Shown here: positions 1-9,591 of the stretch, piece by piece | How positions within the stretch are numbered: the stretch's first letter is position 1 | Layout: each line of letters begins with the position of its first letter | Source: Candidatus Nanohalobium sp. | GTDB lineage: Archaea; Nanohalarchaeota; Nanosalinia; Nanosalinales; Nanosalinaceae | Direction: 5' to 3' | Length of the DNA stretch: 35,928 nucleotides | Assembly: GCA_042216335.1 (NCBI GenBank) | Contig: JBDGTY010000048.1 | Location: 2,811 to 38,738, forward strand | Program-made: the position numbers and the translations under genes | The notes under the pieces: model-generated | Seen by the model: the letters and a program-made list of their open reading frames with translations, nothing else | Told to the model about the DNA's origin: nothing | The model's database searches: none

Positions 1-80
1 CGGATTTGAACCGAGGAGGGACGGGTATGTCCCAGCAGATCTCGAATCTGCCGCAATCAGCCAGACTCTGCCACGCCGGC
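1..80 (-). tRNA. tRNA-Ser(CGA), 3' end truncated by window edge
   Basis: Reverse complement reads GCCGGCG-TG-GCAG..., anticodon arm GCAGA-TT-CGA-GA-TCTGC, long variable arm GGGAC..GTCCC, T-loop GGTTCAAATCC. Confidence 0.92.
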
Positions 81-127
81 TCTGTATCTTAGAGTTTGTC
101 AGAAAACTTTTATCCTTGAGATGGTAG

Positions 128-604
128 TTAGGTCGGTTCCGTATAGTTATCTTCAAGGTATTTGACTGTATCTTCCGCTTTCGTGATACTGAATCTGTTC
201 TGTTGAGCATGCTCTGAAAGCAGTTCTTCAGCTGTCTCGCCGTATTCTTCTGGGACTATTACCTCTTCCATTAGTTCCCACGGAACGGTTTCAACGTATA
301 ACGCACGGCCCTGTTGGTAATTATTGTCTGAGAGATTGAACGAATCTGCATCTGCAACCAGTATGATGCTATCATTTTGTGCAAAGATTAAGGTATCATC
401 TGCATAGAGAGTCCAGTTAGGGTCATTAGTTTGTTTTGGGTTAGAATATCCTTCGCTCTCTTCCAAAATCTGTAGCATATTCTCATGTGTGAATTCCTCT
501 ACACTATATCCAAGTGCATTGATGCCGTCGCTACCTCCTGCATCACTGTTCTCTCTATCAAGATGCATTGCCCGGAAGATATAATCGGTTTCAACTTCTG
601 TCAT
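128..604 (-). CDS. hypothetical acidic protein
   Basis: Uninterrupted acidic ORF, ATG at 604 chosen; no family recognised with confidence. Confidence 0.65.
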   Translation of the reverse strand: MTEVETDYIFRAMHLDRENSDAGGSDGINALGYSVEEFTHENMLQILEESEGYSNPKQTNDPNWTLYADDTLIFAQNDSIILVADADSFNLSDNNYQQGRALYVETVPWELMEEVIVPEEYGETAEELLSEHAQQNRFSITKAEDTVKYLEDNYTEPT

Positions 605-715
605 GTTACTACTTTGTAGTTGCATCAATATAAGGTTTTCTGTGCGTCAAGTCGAGAGGAATTTCTCAGGCGTCTGCCGAAGTTATTAAAGGAGTTTGGC
701 CGAGATTTCTGGTTT

Positions 716-1372
716 ATGAAGTATGGTTCAGTGATTTTTGACCTGGATGGAGTGATCCTCGATTCTATGGAGAGTGAGGAGTGGAAGTACCGTGCTGCGC
801 GTGATGCTCTCTCCGAGCTCGGCGTGAACGATGATCTGGACAGGGAGGTGTTGAAGGCGGTTCTCGGTATCCGGGGCTATGAGGAGTGTGTGCGTATCTG
901 TGGCGATATCGGTGTGGATCCGAGGAAGGCGTGGAACCTTGTGGCTGAGAAGACTACTGAGGCCAGGATGCGGGAGATACAGCAGAACGATTTTGGACTG
1001 GTTGATGGCAGCAGAGAAGTCCTGTCGGAGTTGAGGGAGGAGCAGCTGAAGCTTGGTGTCATCAGTAACGCACCGGATCAGGCCGTAGAGGCGGTGGTCG
1101 ACCACTTCGACCTCAGGAACTACTTCAAGTTCTTCCGCGGTGTTCAAAGTTTTGAGGACCTGAAGGCCAGGAAGCCGCACCCGAACCATCTGGAGCTGGC
1201 GAAGTTCCAGCTGAAGCGCGACCCGTACCTCTACATCGGCGACCACGAGTCGGATGTTGAAGCAGCGACGAATGCTCAGATGGATTCTGTCTGGGTGCAT
1301 CCCGGGAACCATGAGGAACCGACTTACACCGTTGATAGTCTGGACGGTTTGCTGGATGTTGTCAGCGACTGA
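716..1372 (+). CDS. HAD-superfamily hydrolase (phosphoglycolate phosphatase-like)
   Basis: Motif I FDLDGV, motif II ISN, KPHP, motif IV GDHESD; start moved to ATG 716. Confidence 0.9.
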   Translation: MKYGSVIFDLDGVILDSMESEEWKYRAARDALSELGVNDDLDREVLKAVLGIRGYEECVRICGDIGVDPRKAWNLVAEKTTEARMREIQQNDFGLVDGSREVLSELREEQLKLGVISNAPDQAVEAVVDHFDLRNYFKFFRGVQSFEDLKARKPHPNHLELAKFQLKRDPYLYIGDHESDVEAATNAQMDSVWVHPGNHEEPTYTVDSLDGLLDVVSD

Positions 1373-1405
1373 AGTTGAAAAAGCTTCTACTGTCTACTTG
1401 TTTCT

Positions 1406-2353
1406 ATGACTGATTCAAAATGCAGCAAGTGCGACAGGGATGCGGTTATCACCCGTGAGTATGAGGGCCGTAGCCTCTGCAAGAAGCACTTCTCCATCGA
1501 TGTCAATAAGACAGTGAAGAAGACTATCCGGGAGGGAAACCTGGTGGAGTCCGGCGATAAGATCGCTGTCGGCCTCAGTGGCGGGAAAGATTCCGCTGTT
1601 TTGCTTGAGCAACTGGTTAATATTTTTGGCGAAAGGCCTGATATAGATATAGTCGGTGTTTCGGTCCATGAGGGCATCGATCCTTACCGTGATGAGTCGA
1701 TTTCAGCCGCACAGGAACTTTGTGAGGAACTGGATGTTCCTCTTGAGGTAGGCCGCTACTCGGACTACTACGATCTGAAGATGGATGACGTGGCTGGTGC
1801 GGGAGAGAAAGGTAACTGCACGTACTGCGGCATCATGAGACGAGATCTCTTGAACAAGCTGTGCCGCGAGGTTGACGCTGACAAGATGGCGATCGGCCAC
1901 AACCTGGATGATGAGGCCCAGAGCATAATGATGAACCACATCAAAGGCGACATGAAGAGGATGTCCCGCATCGGGCCGAAGGACGATCCAGCCGACCACG
2001 ACAAGTTCGTGCCTCGTATCAAGCCTCTCCGAAACGTGATGGAGAAGGAGGTAGCACTTTACTCCCGGCTACACGATCTCGGTGTCATCGACAAGTGTCC
2101 GCATGTCCAGGAGGGAAGTCTCCGTCCTATGGTGAAGAGTTTCCTGAACAAGCTGGAGAGCGAGATGCCGGGTATAAAGTACAGTATCGTTTCCCAGGGC
2201 CGGGAGATTTCGGACATGGTTGAGGACAGCATCGACTGGGATGAGGAAGACGATATCCAGGAGTGTGAGAAGTGTGGTGAGCCCTGTTCAGGCGGTGTTT
2301 GCAGGAAGTGCCAGTTGCTGGACGAGATCAAACAGGCGGCTGATGTGGAGTAA
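1406..2353 (+). CDS. ncsA: tRNA 2-thiolation protein NcsA/TtuA (Ncs6 family)
   Basis: N-terminal CSKC..CKKH zinc finger, PP-loop SGGKDS, CTYC, GHNLDD, C-terminal CEKC..CRKC. Confidence 0.9.
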   Translation: MTDSKCSKCDRDAVITREYEGRSLCKKHFSIDVNKTVKKTIREGNLVESGDKIAVGLSGGKDSAVLLEQLVNIFGERPDIDIVGVSVHEGIDPYRDESISAAQELCEELDVPLEVGRYSDYYDLKMDDVAGAGEKGNCTYCGIMRRDLLNKLCREVDADKMAIGHNLDDEAQSIMMNHIKGDMKRMSRIGPKDDPADHDKFVPRIKPLRNVMEKEVALYSRLHDLGVIDKCPHVQEGSLRPMVKSFLNKLESEMPGIKYSIVSQGREISDMVEDSIDWDEEDDIQECEKCGEPCSGGVCRKCQLLDEIKQAADVE

Positions 2354-2385
2354 ATGTTAAGTTCCAGTTTTCCTGAGTTAATTGT

Positions 2386-2646
2386 ATGGTTTACGAGGTA
2401 AGATGTGATAACTGTGGCGACCTGATCGACTTTGGGGGTAGAAACCCGGAGGAAAGGCCTGTAGCTCCCCAGTCGAAGTTGCCTGAGAACGCGGTCGAGT
2501 TCGACGACAACGTCTACTGTGAGGAGTGTGTGGAGAAGTTCGTTAAGGCAGGGGTCGGAGATATCCAGGAGGAGGTGAACTTCCTGAAGGAAAGTGTTGA
2601 AGATATAAGGGAAGAGTTAGGCATGGAGAAGACGATGAACGACTAA
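2386..2646 (+). CDS. small zinc-finger protein with C-terminal coiled coil
   Basis: CDNC and CEEC pairs, acidic composition. Confidence 0.7.
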   Translation: MVYEVRCDNCGDLIDFGGRNPEERPVAPQSKLPENAVEFDDNVYCEECVEKFVKAGVGDIQEEVNFLKESVEDIREELGMEKTMND

Positions 2647-2647
2647 A

Positions 2648-3022
2648 CTATGCTTCTTCCATCTCTTCGCCGCTTCTCTCGATAGTGGCGTACTCCGGAG
2701 TCACGACAATCCATTCCTCGTCGACACCGGCGATATCTCCGTCTACTGCTCTGACAGTCTTCTTTAATCTTTTGACTGCCCTCTTCAACTGGCTCATGTC
2801 CCTGTTCTTCAGTGGCTGGATGTTCACCCAGACGATGTGGTTGTTCCTGAGATGCTCCTGGACGGTCTCGACGTCCTCAAGCTCCTGCAGGGTTTCGGCC
2901 CGGACGACAACGTCATCCTGTTCGTTCGCCGGTTTAGCATCTAGCTCCACGAAATCATCCTCTACCACACTTTCATCCTCGTTGCTCGAATCATCATTTT
3001 TGTTCAAGAATCCTAGACCCAT
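2648..3022 (-). CDS. sepF: cell division protein SepF
   Basis: N-terminal amphipathic MGLGFL, DDFVEL, IVWVNI..L, VDGDIAGV..IVVTP typical of archaeal SepF. Confidence 0.88.
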   Translation of the reverse strand: MGLGFLNKNDDSSNEDESVVEDDFVELDAKPANEQDDVVVRAETLQELEDVETVQEHLRNNHIVWVNIQPLKNRDMSQLKRAVKRLKKTVRAVDGDIAGVDEEWIVVTPEYATIERSGEEMEEA

Positions 3023-3101
3023 AGTTTTGATTACCTCTTGGTTATACACGACGACGCGATTTTTTTATAGGTTTCCAGTACGACCTGCAGAGTTAGTGCT
3101 T

Positions 3102-3422
3102 TCAGATAAGTTCATCAGGTATCTCGTCTATCTTTTTCCTGGTTTCCTCTATCAGTTCTTCCCAGCTAATCTCTCCGTTAAGCCATTTCTCCACTGAATT
3201 GTACTCAATTGAGAAGTATTTCAGGAATTTTTGCCAGTTAATTTCTCTAGCTTTCAGAGCATCTTTCCATTCCTTCCAAAGATAACTTTGGATATCTTTT
3301 CTCCATCCTATCTGGAAAGATGTGTGATCAATACTTTCGCTGGAGTTTTCCCTATCTTCCTCTATTTTCCTGTTAGGTTCCTCTTTCAACTTCTCAGGTT
3401 CTTCAGGAATATGAAGTTCCAT
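3102..3422 (-). CDS. hypothetical protein
   Basis: 106-aa ORF in operon orientation, Trp-rich, AT-richer than neighbours. Confidence 0.6.
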   Translation of the reverse strand: MELHIPEEPEKLKEEPNRKIEEDRENSSESIDHTSFQIGWRKDIQSYLWKEWKDALKAREINWQKFLKYFSIEYNSVEKWLNGEISWEELIEETRKKIDEIPDELI

Positions 3423-3460
3423 AGTTGATTGTAGAATTTGAAAATGTAAAATGTGTTTCC

Positions 3461-3703
3461 TTAGTTAAGTCCTTCTACCTTTGATGCAAGGTTCCAGATT
3501 TCCGTCCGGGTGTGCTGCCGGATGTTCGGGTCGTTGCTTGCATCGTCAAGCAGTGAGGAAGCGGTATTGACGCGGACGGATAGGTCCCTTTCCTCATCCT
3601 CCAGTTCGTCGGCCGCTTCCTCCAGAGTGTCGGAGACGTTGGAGGGGATGGAGTCCTTCTCCGCCATGTCCCTCATCTGCTGGACTACAGCATCTACTGA
3701 CAT
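3461..3703 (-). CDS. UPF0147 family protein
   Basis: DSIPSNV...VRVNTASSLLDDASNDPNIRQHTRTEIWNLASKVE signature; start at ATG 3703. Confidence 0.88.
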   Translation of the reverse strand: MSVDAVVQQMRDMAEKDSIPSNVSDTLEEAADELEDEERDLSVRVNTASSLLDDASNDPNIRQHTRTEIWNLASKVEGLN

Positions 3704-3710
3704 AAGGGGA

Positions 3711-4040
3711 TCACTGCATGTTCTGCTGGAATGCTTGCTGGCTTTCCTGCATCTTTTCCTCAAGCTTGTCCTCCTTCTTCTTCAGGCTCTTTTTCCTGAC
3801 TTCGAGATCTTCCTTTCTCTCTTCAAGCTCGTCCTCCAGTTCGTCCCGGTCTTTTGCGACGAGGATTTCGCCTACCTGTCTGTAGACTTCTCCGTCGCTG
3901 TTCTCCAGTTCGTCGAGGGACTTCTCGATTCCCTGCAAATCCATCTCTGTCTGCTGTTTCTGCTCTGCGACCTCCTGAAGCTGTTGCTGGGTTTTCTGAA
4001 GTTCCATCATCATCTGCTGTGCATCTTGTTCTTCTGACAT
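3711..4040 (-). CDS. pfdB: prefoldin subunit beta
   Basis: Coiled coil-VYRQVGEILV-coiled coil; conserved position after pcc1. Confidence 0.92.
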   Translation of the reverse strand: MSEEQDAQQMMMELQKTQQQLQEVAEQKQQTEMDLQGIEKSLDELENSDGEVYRQVGEILVAKDRDELEDELEERKEDLEVRKKSLKKKEDKLEEKMQESQQAFQQNMQ

Positions 4041-4046
4041 AGTTAT

Positions 4047-4265
4047 CTATACCTCGTGAATCTTCTTGGCTAAACTGGTTAACCTGAAAACGTTGTCTGT
4101 CGTGCCCCGCAAAGGGCCTAGACCGTCCGTCTCAACCCTGATTTCTACTGTATCGTCAATCGCTTCTGTCTCCAGGTTGACTTTGCCCCGTGATTCGAGG
4201 CTGGGAGACAGGATTTCTTCAAGAGTCTCTGCATCTTCCGAATCGATTGAAATCTGTGTCTTCAT
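4047..4265 (-). CDS. pcc1: KEOPS complex subunit Pcc1
   Basis: 72 aa, SPSL..., IRVETDGLGPLRGTTDNVFRL; synteny rpoP-pcc1-pfdB. Confidence 0.8.
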   Translation of the reverse strand: MKTQISIDSEDAETLEEILSPSLESRGKVNLETEAIDDTVEIRVETDGLGPLRGTTDNVFRLTSLAKKIHEV

Positions 4266-4399
4266 ACTGCTTCTACTATGTCTGGATCATCCGGCCGCTT
4301 CTTCAGTAGTACTCTGTGACTGCATTTCGGGCAGATAATCTTCTCGTTTACAGGATCAATCTCTACCTCTTCCTCACAGTTCACACATACATAGCTCAT
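4262..4399 (-). CDS. rpoP: DNA-directed RNA polymerase subunit P (Rpo12); not in ORF track
   Basis: Manual translation MSYVCVNCEEEVEIDPVNEKIICPKCSHRVLLKKRPDDPDIVEAV; ATGA overlap with pcc1. Confidence 0.93.
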   Translation of the reverse strand: MSYVCVNCEEEVEIDPVNEKIICPKCSHRVLLKKRPDDPDIVEAV

Positions 4400-4403
4400 A
4401 GTA

Positions 4404-4682
4404 TCAGCCCTCTATTTCCTCTTTTGCTTCTTCAAGTTCTTCGATTCCTTCGTCCAGTTCAAGTGCTTTCTGCAGCTGTTCCTGTGCTCCTGTGTCTGGT
4501 TCGTAGGCCCCGCCGGTGAACTTCGTGTCGCATTTGCTGCATTTCCAGATCCCTGCAGCCTCTCTGCCTAGATCGGCTCCGCATTCAGGACACTGGTAGT
4601 CCCTATCCTCGGCTTCGTCCACGTTTTTCCTGATCCGGTTACCGTAACGTGCTCCGAATCTCTTGGATGATTTGTTTGCCAT
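4404..4682 (-). CDS. rpl37ae: 50S ribosomal protein L37Ae (eL43)
   Basis: RFGARYG, CPEC, GIWKCSKC, FTGGAY. Confidence 0.95.
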   Translation of the reverse strand: MANKSSKRFGARYGNRIRKNVDEAEDRDYQCPECGADLGREAAGIWKCSKCDTKFTGGAYEPDTGAQEQLQKALELDEGIEELEEAKEEIEG

Positions 4683-4723
4683 TTTTTACCACTCTTATGA
4701 GGGAAATAAGGGGGAGAACCTTT

Positions 4724-5515
4724 TTATTCTCCCGTCTCCTCGCGGAGCACTTCCCTGATTTCCTGGGTTTTAGCCTCTGCCTGATCCATGATCTTACGGA
4801 TCTCATCGTGGGTCAACTCCTCTCTTCCGCCTTTCTGCATCGAGACGATCATTCCCTCAGCGGTGGTCGTGACGGAGAGACGTGCTGTCTGGGCCTCTTC
4901 CTCTTCACTTGTCGTGTCCCAGAGCAGCTGGTCGTCGATCTTCCGTCCTGTGACCATGACAGGCTCCTTAGTCATAGGGATGTCTTTCCATTTCTCTTCG
5001 TGATTGACTTCTCTATCTTCAGTGCTGTAAGCTGGAAGGTATCCTGTCTGGAGTGCGGCGATAGCTGCGAGCGCTGAAGCGTCCAGAAGGTTGCCGTCAT
5101 TGTTCAGGATGTGTAGGTCGATGAAGATAGTCATGACCTTTTCTCCAGGCTCTATGCAGAGATCCTCGAAGTCGACTGCCTCGGATTCCCTGATTCCTCT
5201 GTCGACTACTCTTGCGAGCTCTGTTCCCTTTTCTCCCGGGGGTCCTGACTCGAACTCTCTGTCAGCCATGGGTGCTAGCTCTGCGTTGACCGCGATGCTG
5301 CCCCTGTTCGGCTGATCCGGGTAAGGTTCTTCAACTTCGACTGAGAGGCCTGCGATGACCTGCGTATCTCCAATCGATACCTTGGCCGATCCCTGGGCCG
5401 TCGTCGGTATGTAGTCTGTCTCCAGTTCGATTTCTCTGTATTCGTCCATCTTTCTTCCGTCCAGTCTTTCTCCGTCTTCTGCCATCTTCTTGATCGTTCT
5501 AGTGTTGATCTTCAT
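4724..5515 (-). CDS. rrp42: exosome complex component Rrp42
   Basis: RLDGR, GSAKVSIGDTQV, FESGPP, ELARVVDRGIRES, DGNLLDA. Confidence 0.95.
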   Translation of the reverse strand: MKINTRTIKKMAEDGERLDGRKMDEYREIELETDYIPTTAQGSAKVSIGDTQVIAGLSVEVEEPYPDQPNRGSIAVNAELAPMADREFESGPPGEKGTELARVVDRGIRESEAVDFEDLCIEPGEKVMTIFIDLHILNNDGNLLDASALAAIAALQTGYLPAYSTEDREVNHEEKWKDIPMTKEPVMVTGRKIDDQLLWDTTSEEEEAQTARLSVTTTAEGMIVSMQKGGREELTHDEIRKIMDQAEAKTQEIREVLREETGE

Positions 5516-6252
5516 CTTGAGTCACCTCCTGTTTCTGTCTGGTACTCTTCACGTAACGCTTCTCTCTGCATCTCGTCCAGATCGGCGCATCCTCTGCGTG
5601 CCATCTCGATGCACTCATCTACCTGCTCCTTCGTCAGGTCACCGTCCATTTGAAGGAGTGTTACTTCGTCGCCGCCATTGATGGTGGCGATCGGGATGTC
5701 AGCATTTCCTTCCTTATCTTCTTTCCCGATGACGTCGAGTACTGCTGTTTCGTCGACAACTCCTGCTGCACAAGCTGAGACAAGGCCTTTCATCGGCATT
5801 CCTGCGTCGGCAAGTGCGAGACTTGCTGCTGTTACTCCTGCTGCTCTTGTCCCTCCGTCTGATTCGATTACTTCCATGGAGATGTCGATCCCTGTCTTAG
5901 GGAACTTCTCCATCTCCAGTGCCGGTTCAAGAGCTCTCTTGGCAACTAGACCGATTTCTGTTGCTCTCCGGTTTGGTCCTGGGCTCATTCTATCATCTAC
6001 TGAGAACGGAGCCATGTTGTATCTCATCTTGATTACTGCTCTATCGGACTCGATGAGGTGCTTCGGGTGGAGATCCTGTGGCCCGAAGACGGAAGCTACT
6101 ACGCGCGTGTTTCCTACTTCTACCATCGCTGAACCATCTGCCTCGTTAAGGACTCCTGCTTCCATTGTGGTTTCTCTCATCTCGTCTTTCTCCCTTCCGT
6201 CGATTCTCTTTCCTTCTTCGTCAAACCATTCAACTTCAGTGTTCTCCGTCAT
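5512..6252 (-). CDS. rrp41: exosome complex exonuclease Rrp41
   Basis: RIDGR, ADGSA, RYNMAPFS, DGGTR phosphate-binding motif, EDKEGNAD catalytic Asp region, LLQMDG. Confidence 0.96.
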   Translation of the reverse strand: MTENTEVEWFDEEGKRIDGREKDEMRETTMEAGVLNEADGSAMVEVGNTRVVASVFGPQDLHPKHLIESDRAVIKMRYNMAPFSVDDRMSPGPNRRATEIGLVAKRALEPALEMEKFPKTGIDISMEVIESDGGTRAAGVTAASLALADAGMPMKGLVSACAAGVVDETAVLDVIGKEDKEGNADIPIATINGGDEVTLLQMDGDLTKEQVDECIEMARRGCADLDEMQREALREEYQTETGGDSR

Positions 6253-6941
6253 CTTGAATCACCTTCTAGTTCTCTGTCCAGGAAATCACCGATTCTTTCT
6301 GTAAGGTTGTCTGTATGTGCTTCCTCGACGATCTTGTGTACCGTTCTGGCGGCGAGGTTCGCGTTATCGCCTTTTATCCAGACCTGTCCGTTCTGACCGA
6401 CGATGACGTTGGCGCCGGTCTTGCTGGTGACCTGCTTGATCATCGTTCCCTTCTTCCCGATTACTCTCGGAACCTTGCTTGGAGGGATCTCGATAACTCT
6501 TCCGCCTCTCAGTTTCTTACATCTCTTGTCCTCCATCGAGAGATCGACGCCCATACCTTCTGTAACGGACTTGATCTTGACAGCGACCGCGTCGCCGACC
6601 TCGTAGAAGTCGGTTAGATCGTCCTCGTCCAGATCCACATATTCATCTGTTGCGTCGGCGATGTTCAGACTTCCCTCGTACGGGGAGTTGAACTCGATCG
6701 TCCATCGGGAGTAACTTACTCTTGTTACTTCGCCGATGACGATGTCTCCTTCCTCGGGCATGTAACGGCCGTGCATAGGCCTTACCTGAACAGAGTTGTC
6801 GCCGAAGCGAACTGTTCCAAAGTATTTAGAATAGATTTTACCATTTTCCTCGTATACTCCATCGTTCGCATAGAGCTCGTTGCCGTCAAAGACAACCTCT
6901 CCAGGAGTAACGATATCGTTCGAATCAACTACACGTGACAT
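6249..6941 (-). CDS. rrp4: exosome complex RNA-binding protein Rrp4
   Basis: VTPGE, YMPEEGDIVIG S1 domain, KH motif KVPRVIGKKG, VGQNG. Confidence 0.95.
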   Translation of the reverse strand: MSRVVDSNDIVTPGEVVFDGNELYANDGVYEENGKIYSKYFGTVRFGDNSVQVRPMHGRYMPEEGDIVIGEVTRVSYSRWTIEFNSPYEGSLNIADATDEYVDLDEDDLTDFYEVGDAVAVKIKSVTEGMGVDLSMEDKRCKKLRGGRVIEIPPSKVPRVIGKKGTMIKQVTSKTGANVIVGQNGQVWIKGDNANLAARTVHKIVEEAHTDNLTERIGDFLDRELEGDSR

Positions 6942-7019
6942 AAATTGTATTACCTCTTAATTAACTCGTTCTGCAAAGCAGAAAATCCGTTTTTATAATA
7001 TAGAAGATGACGGGAAAAG

Positions 7020-7286
7020 TTAAATAACTGGCTCGGACTGATCGCTCTCTATAACTTCTGCACCGATACCCCCATCATCTTCCTTGTAGAGATAGAAACC
7101 TTCTCTCCTGGAACCGGAGAGCTCGTAGATGAATACTTCCGTTTCCCCATCTTCGATTTCCCTCTTCCCGTTCCCAACAAGACTGAAATCATAATCATCT
7201 TCTTCTAGCATCCTCTCTGCCTCAAAGAAGGAGTTGGGTGAGTCCAGTTCCTGCTCTATCGAATAATCGTAACCACTCTGGCCCAT
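7020..7286 (-). CDS. hypothetical protein
   Basis: 88-aa acidic ORF between SBDS and rrp4. Confidence 0.6.
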   Translation of the reverse strand: MGQSGYDYSIEQELDSPNSFFEAERMLEEDDYDFSLVGNGKREIEDGETEVFIYELSGSRREGFYLYKEDDGGIGAEVIESDQSEPVI

Positions 7287-7319
7287 AATTTGTAGATAAG
7301 GACAGGAAACTTTTTCTGA

Positions 7320-8066
7320 CTAGACTTCTTCCTTAACCTCTGACTCTCCGCCTGTCATCTCCTGTATCTCCTCCATGACCTCCGTCAGAATCCCCGCCGG
7401 CACCCTTATCTTGGCGTAGAAGTTGTCGCCCCACTGCTCTTCCAGCACTTCGGTCTTCTGCTGCAGCGTGTCGTAGGCCTTTCCTGCCTTGTCGCTCGGT
7501 ATCTTTACTGCGACGGTCTTCTTGTCCAGCGACACGGGTATTATCGGGCGGATGGATTCGATGGCTTCCTCGAACTGCTCCTCCACATCCTTGAAGGCAT
7601 CGGCGTTGAAACCTGCCTCTTCAAGCGCGTTCTCAACTCTCTGCGGCGGATGAGGGTTTCCTGTCTTGGGATTCTGGGCTCTCCGGGCTATCATGTTGAC
7701 GACCTGCCTGTGCTTGTCCTGACGCATCTCCGCCTTCTGATCGGTCGTCAGCTGCATATCGCCTTTCTCGAAGACTTCTCGGGCAGCCTCCATCACCTGC
7801 TTCGTGCCGAACTCACGCTCCAGTTCGTCCGGAGATGCCCTCTTCCCCTCGTCTGCATCCGTGAAAACTTCCTGGACGAAAAGGAGGCGCGGCATGTCGA
7901 AGTCTTCGCCCTCGAGTTTCGCCTTCTTCGCTGGCTCCGGCTCCACCAGGATCTCGAAGGTTTTACCATCGTCGTACCTGATCTTGATGGCCTCGGAAGT
8001 AACTATACCCTCTTTCTCTCCGGAACCTTTGTGACCTTCACCGCCGACATTACCCTGCTGATTCAT
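7320..8066 (-). CDS. ribosome maturation protein SBDS/Sdo1
   Basis: FEILVEP, VFTDA..G.RAS, FGT, QLTTDQ, NPKTGNPHPPQRVENALEEA; start uncertain. Confidence 0.93.
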   Translation of the reverse strand: MNQQGNVGGEGHKGSGEKEGIVTSEAIKIRYDDGKTFEILVEPEPAKKAKLEGEDFDMPRLLFVQEVFTDADEGKRASPDELEREFGTKQVMEAAREVFEKGDMQLTTDQKAEMRQDKHRQVVNMIARRAQNPKTGNPHPPQRVENALEEAGFNADAFKDVEEQFEEAIESIRPIIPVSLDKKTVAVKIPSDKAGKAYDTLQQKTEVLEEQWGDNFYAKIRVPAGILTEVMEEIQEMTGGESEVKEEV

Positions 8067-8149
8067 GTAGGAAGTTTCAGGAGGGAGATATTAACACTTT
8101 TTGGATCGGCAATCAGGATTTTATCAGTCTCTGCCAAACTTCCTACATT

Positions 8150-9048
8150 ATGGATTCCCGACTTCAGAGAGTCCTCCGGAAAAATGAAATTGAACCGGAT
8201 TCGATGGAAAAGATGCCGCAGGAAGCCGGCAGGATGAAAAATGTCTTTCATATTCGGGCCGACAGGAGTACGGAATCTACTTTTATCTACAGGAAGGTTG
8301 CGGCGAGAGAGGAAGAAACATTCGGGAAAGACTAGCGGCCGAAAAATACATCTTCGAAGAAATCAGAGAGGAGACTTCTCTGAGAGCTCCCAGGTTCATC
8401 GATTCTGGAGAGGATTATGCTTTATGCAGCTGGCTTGAGGGGAGCCCTCTAGGAAATAAAGATCTCTCTGAGAGTGAGAAGAAGGAACTGGCGAAGAGAA
8501 TGGGATCCGGACTGGCCGAGATACATGAGATAAAGTTCGAAAGTTTTGGAGAGATAGGCCCTGATGGAATCGAAGAGTTCGATAGCTGGCCTGATTTTGT
8601 GGAAAATCTGATCGGCTGGATGAGATCGGAGGCAGAGAAAGATGTAGTTCAGAATGCGCTGGATTATTTGGAGGAGAACATCGAAGTGATGGATCATGAT
8701 CCTGAACCTGTTCTGCTTCACGGAGACTTCCATGATGGCAATATACTGTCAGGAGAGAAGCTCGGAGTTGTGGACTGCGAGGCCGGTTTTATAGGCACCA
8801 GAGAATACGAGGTCTTCCGCTGTCTATCTCACTGGGCGGAAGAATGGGGTGTTGAAGAGGAGTTTCTAGATGTCTACGGAAGAGAAAAACTGGCCAATAA
8901 CTGGAGAAAGAAGAAGAGTTACTACGAGATTCTGCAGGCAGCGATGGGAGTGATCGATGGGGTAAACCTTGGATCAGGTCATCTTGTCGAGATAAATGAA
9001 GAAGGTCTAAAAGAAGCACTTCCTAGTCGATATCTTTCCTCTGGATAA
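8150..9048 (+). pseudogene. APH/choline-kinase-like phosphotransferase, disrupted
   Basis: HGDFHDGN and VVDCE motifs in 3' part; frame change near 8262 and in-frame TAA at 8458-8460 (real lesion or assembly error). Confidence 0.75.
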
Positions 9049-9543
9049 TCGAGTTGTACTCGTCGCCGAATAGGTCGACTTTGCTTTCCCTCATTTTCTC
9101 GAATCCGAGTTTCCTGTAGAATCCTCGACCTATATCGTTTTCTTCCAGTGATTCGACCTTCAGGACTTTGATACTTTTCGGGATCTCTTCCAGTCCTTTT
9201 TCGAACATCTCTGTGCCGATGCCGTGGCCCCAGTAGTTGGGGTGGAGGTAGACGGCCCTGAGCTGCGCCTCGTCCTCATCCACGTTCACAAAGTCGTGGG
9301 TGTTGTCTTCGCCCCAGCAGAAGTTTATCGTACCAACGACTTTCCCGTCGACTCCGCCACCAGGAATAGAAGTTCGTCATCTTCGATTTTCTCGTTCAGT
9401 CGTTCTTCAGGGTAGTTTCCCGCGTTTTCCTCGAGTTTTTCTTCCGGGATTGTTCCGTTATAGGCTTCTCTCCAGGAAGCTTCGTTTAATTCCTGTATGT
9501 CTTCCAGGTCGGAGGATTCTGCACGGCGGATTTCCAGTTTCAT
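9023..9543 (-). pseudogene. GNAT acetyltransferase, frameshifted
   Basis: IRRA...SWREAY N-half (9325-9543) joins YLHPNYWGHGIG...N..GRGFYRKLGF C-half if one base is restored near 9352 (AE-V-DGKVVG). Confidence 0.8.
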
Positions 9544-9591
9544 GGAATCATGGAAGTAGAGAAAGTAGGGAAGGAAAAAGTTAGGGGAAGT

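Noticed and set aside
8458-8460. Stop-codon recoding in the APH gene
   Set aside because: Codon is TAA, accompanied by a frameshift, and TAA terminates many other genes normally
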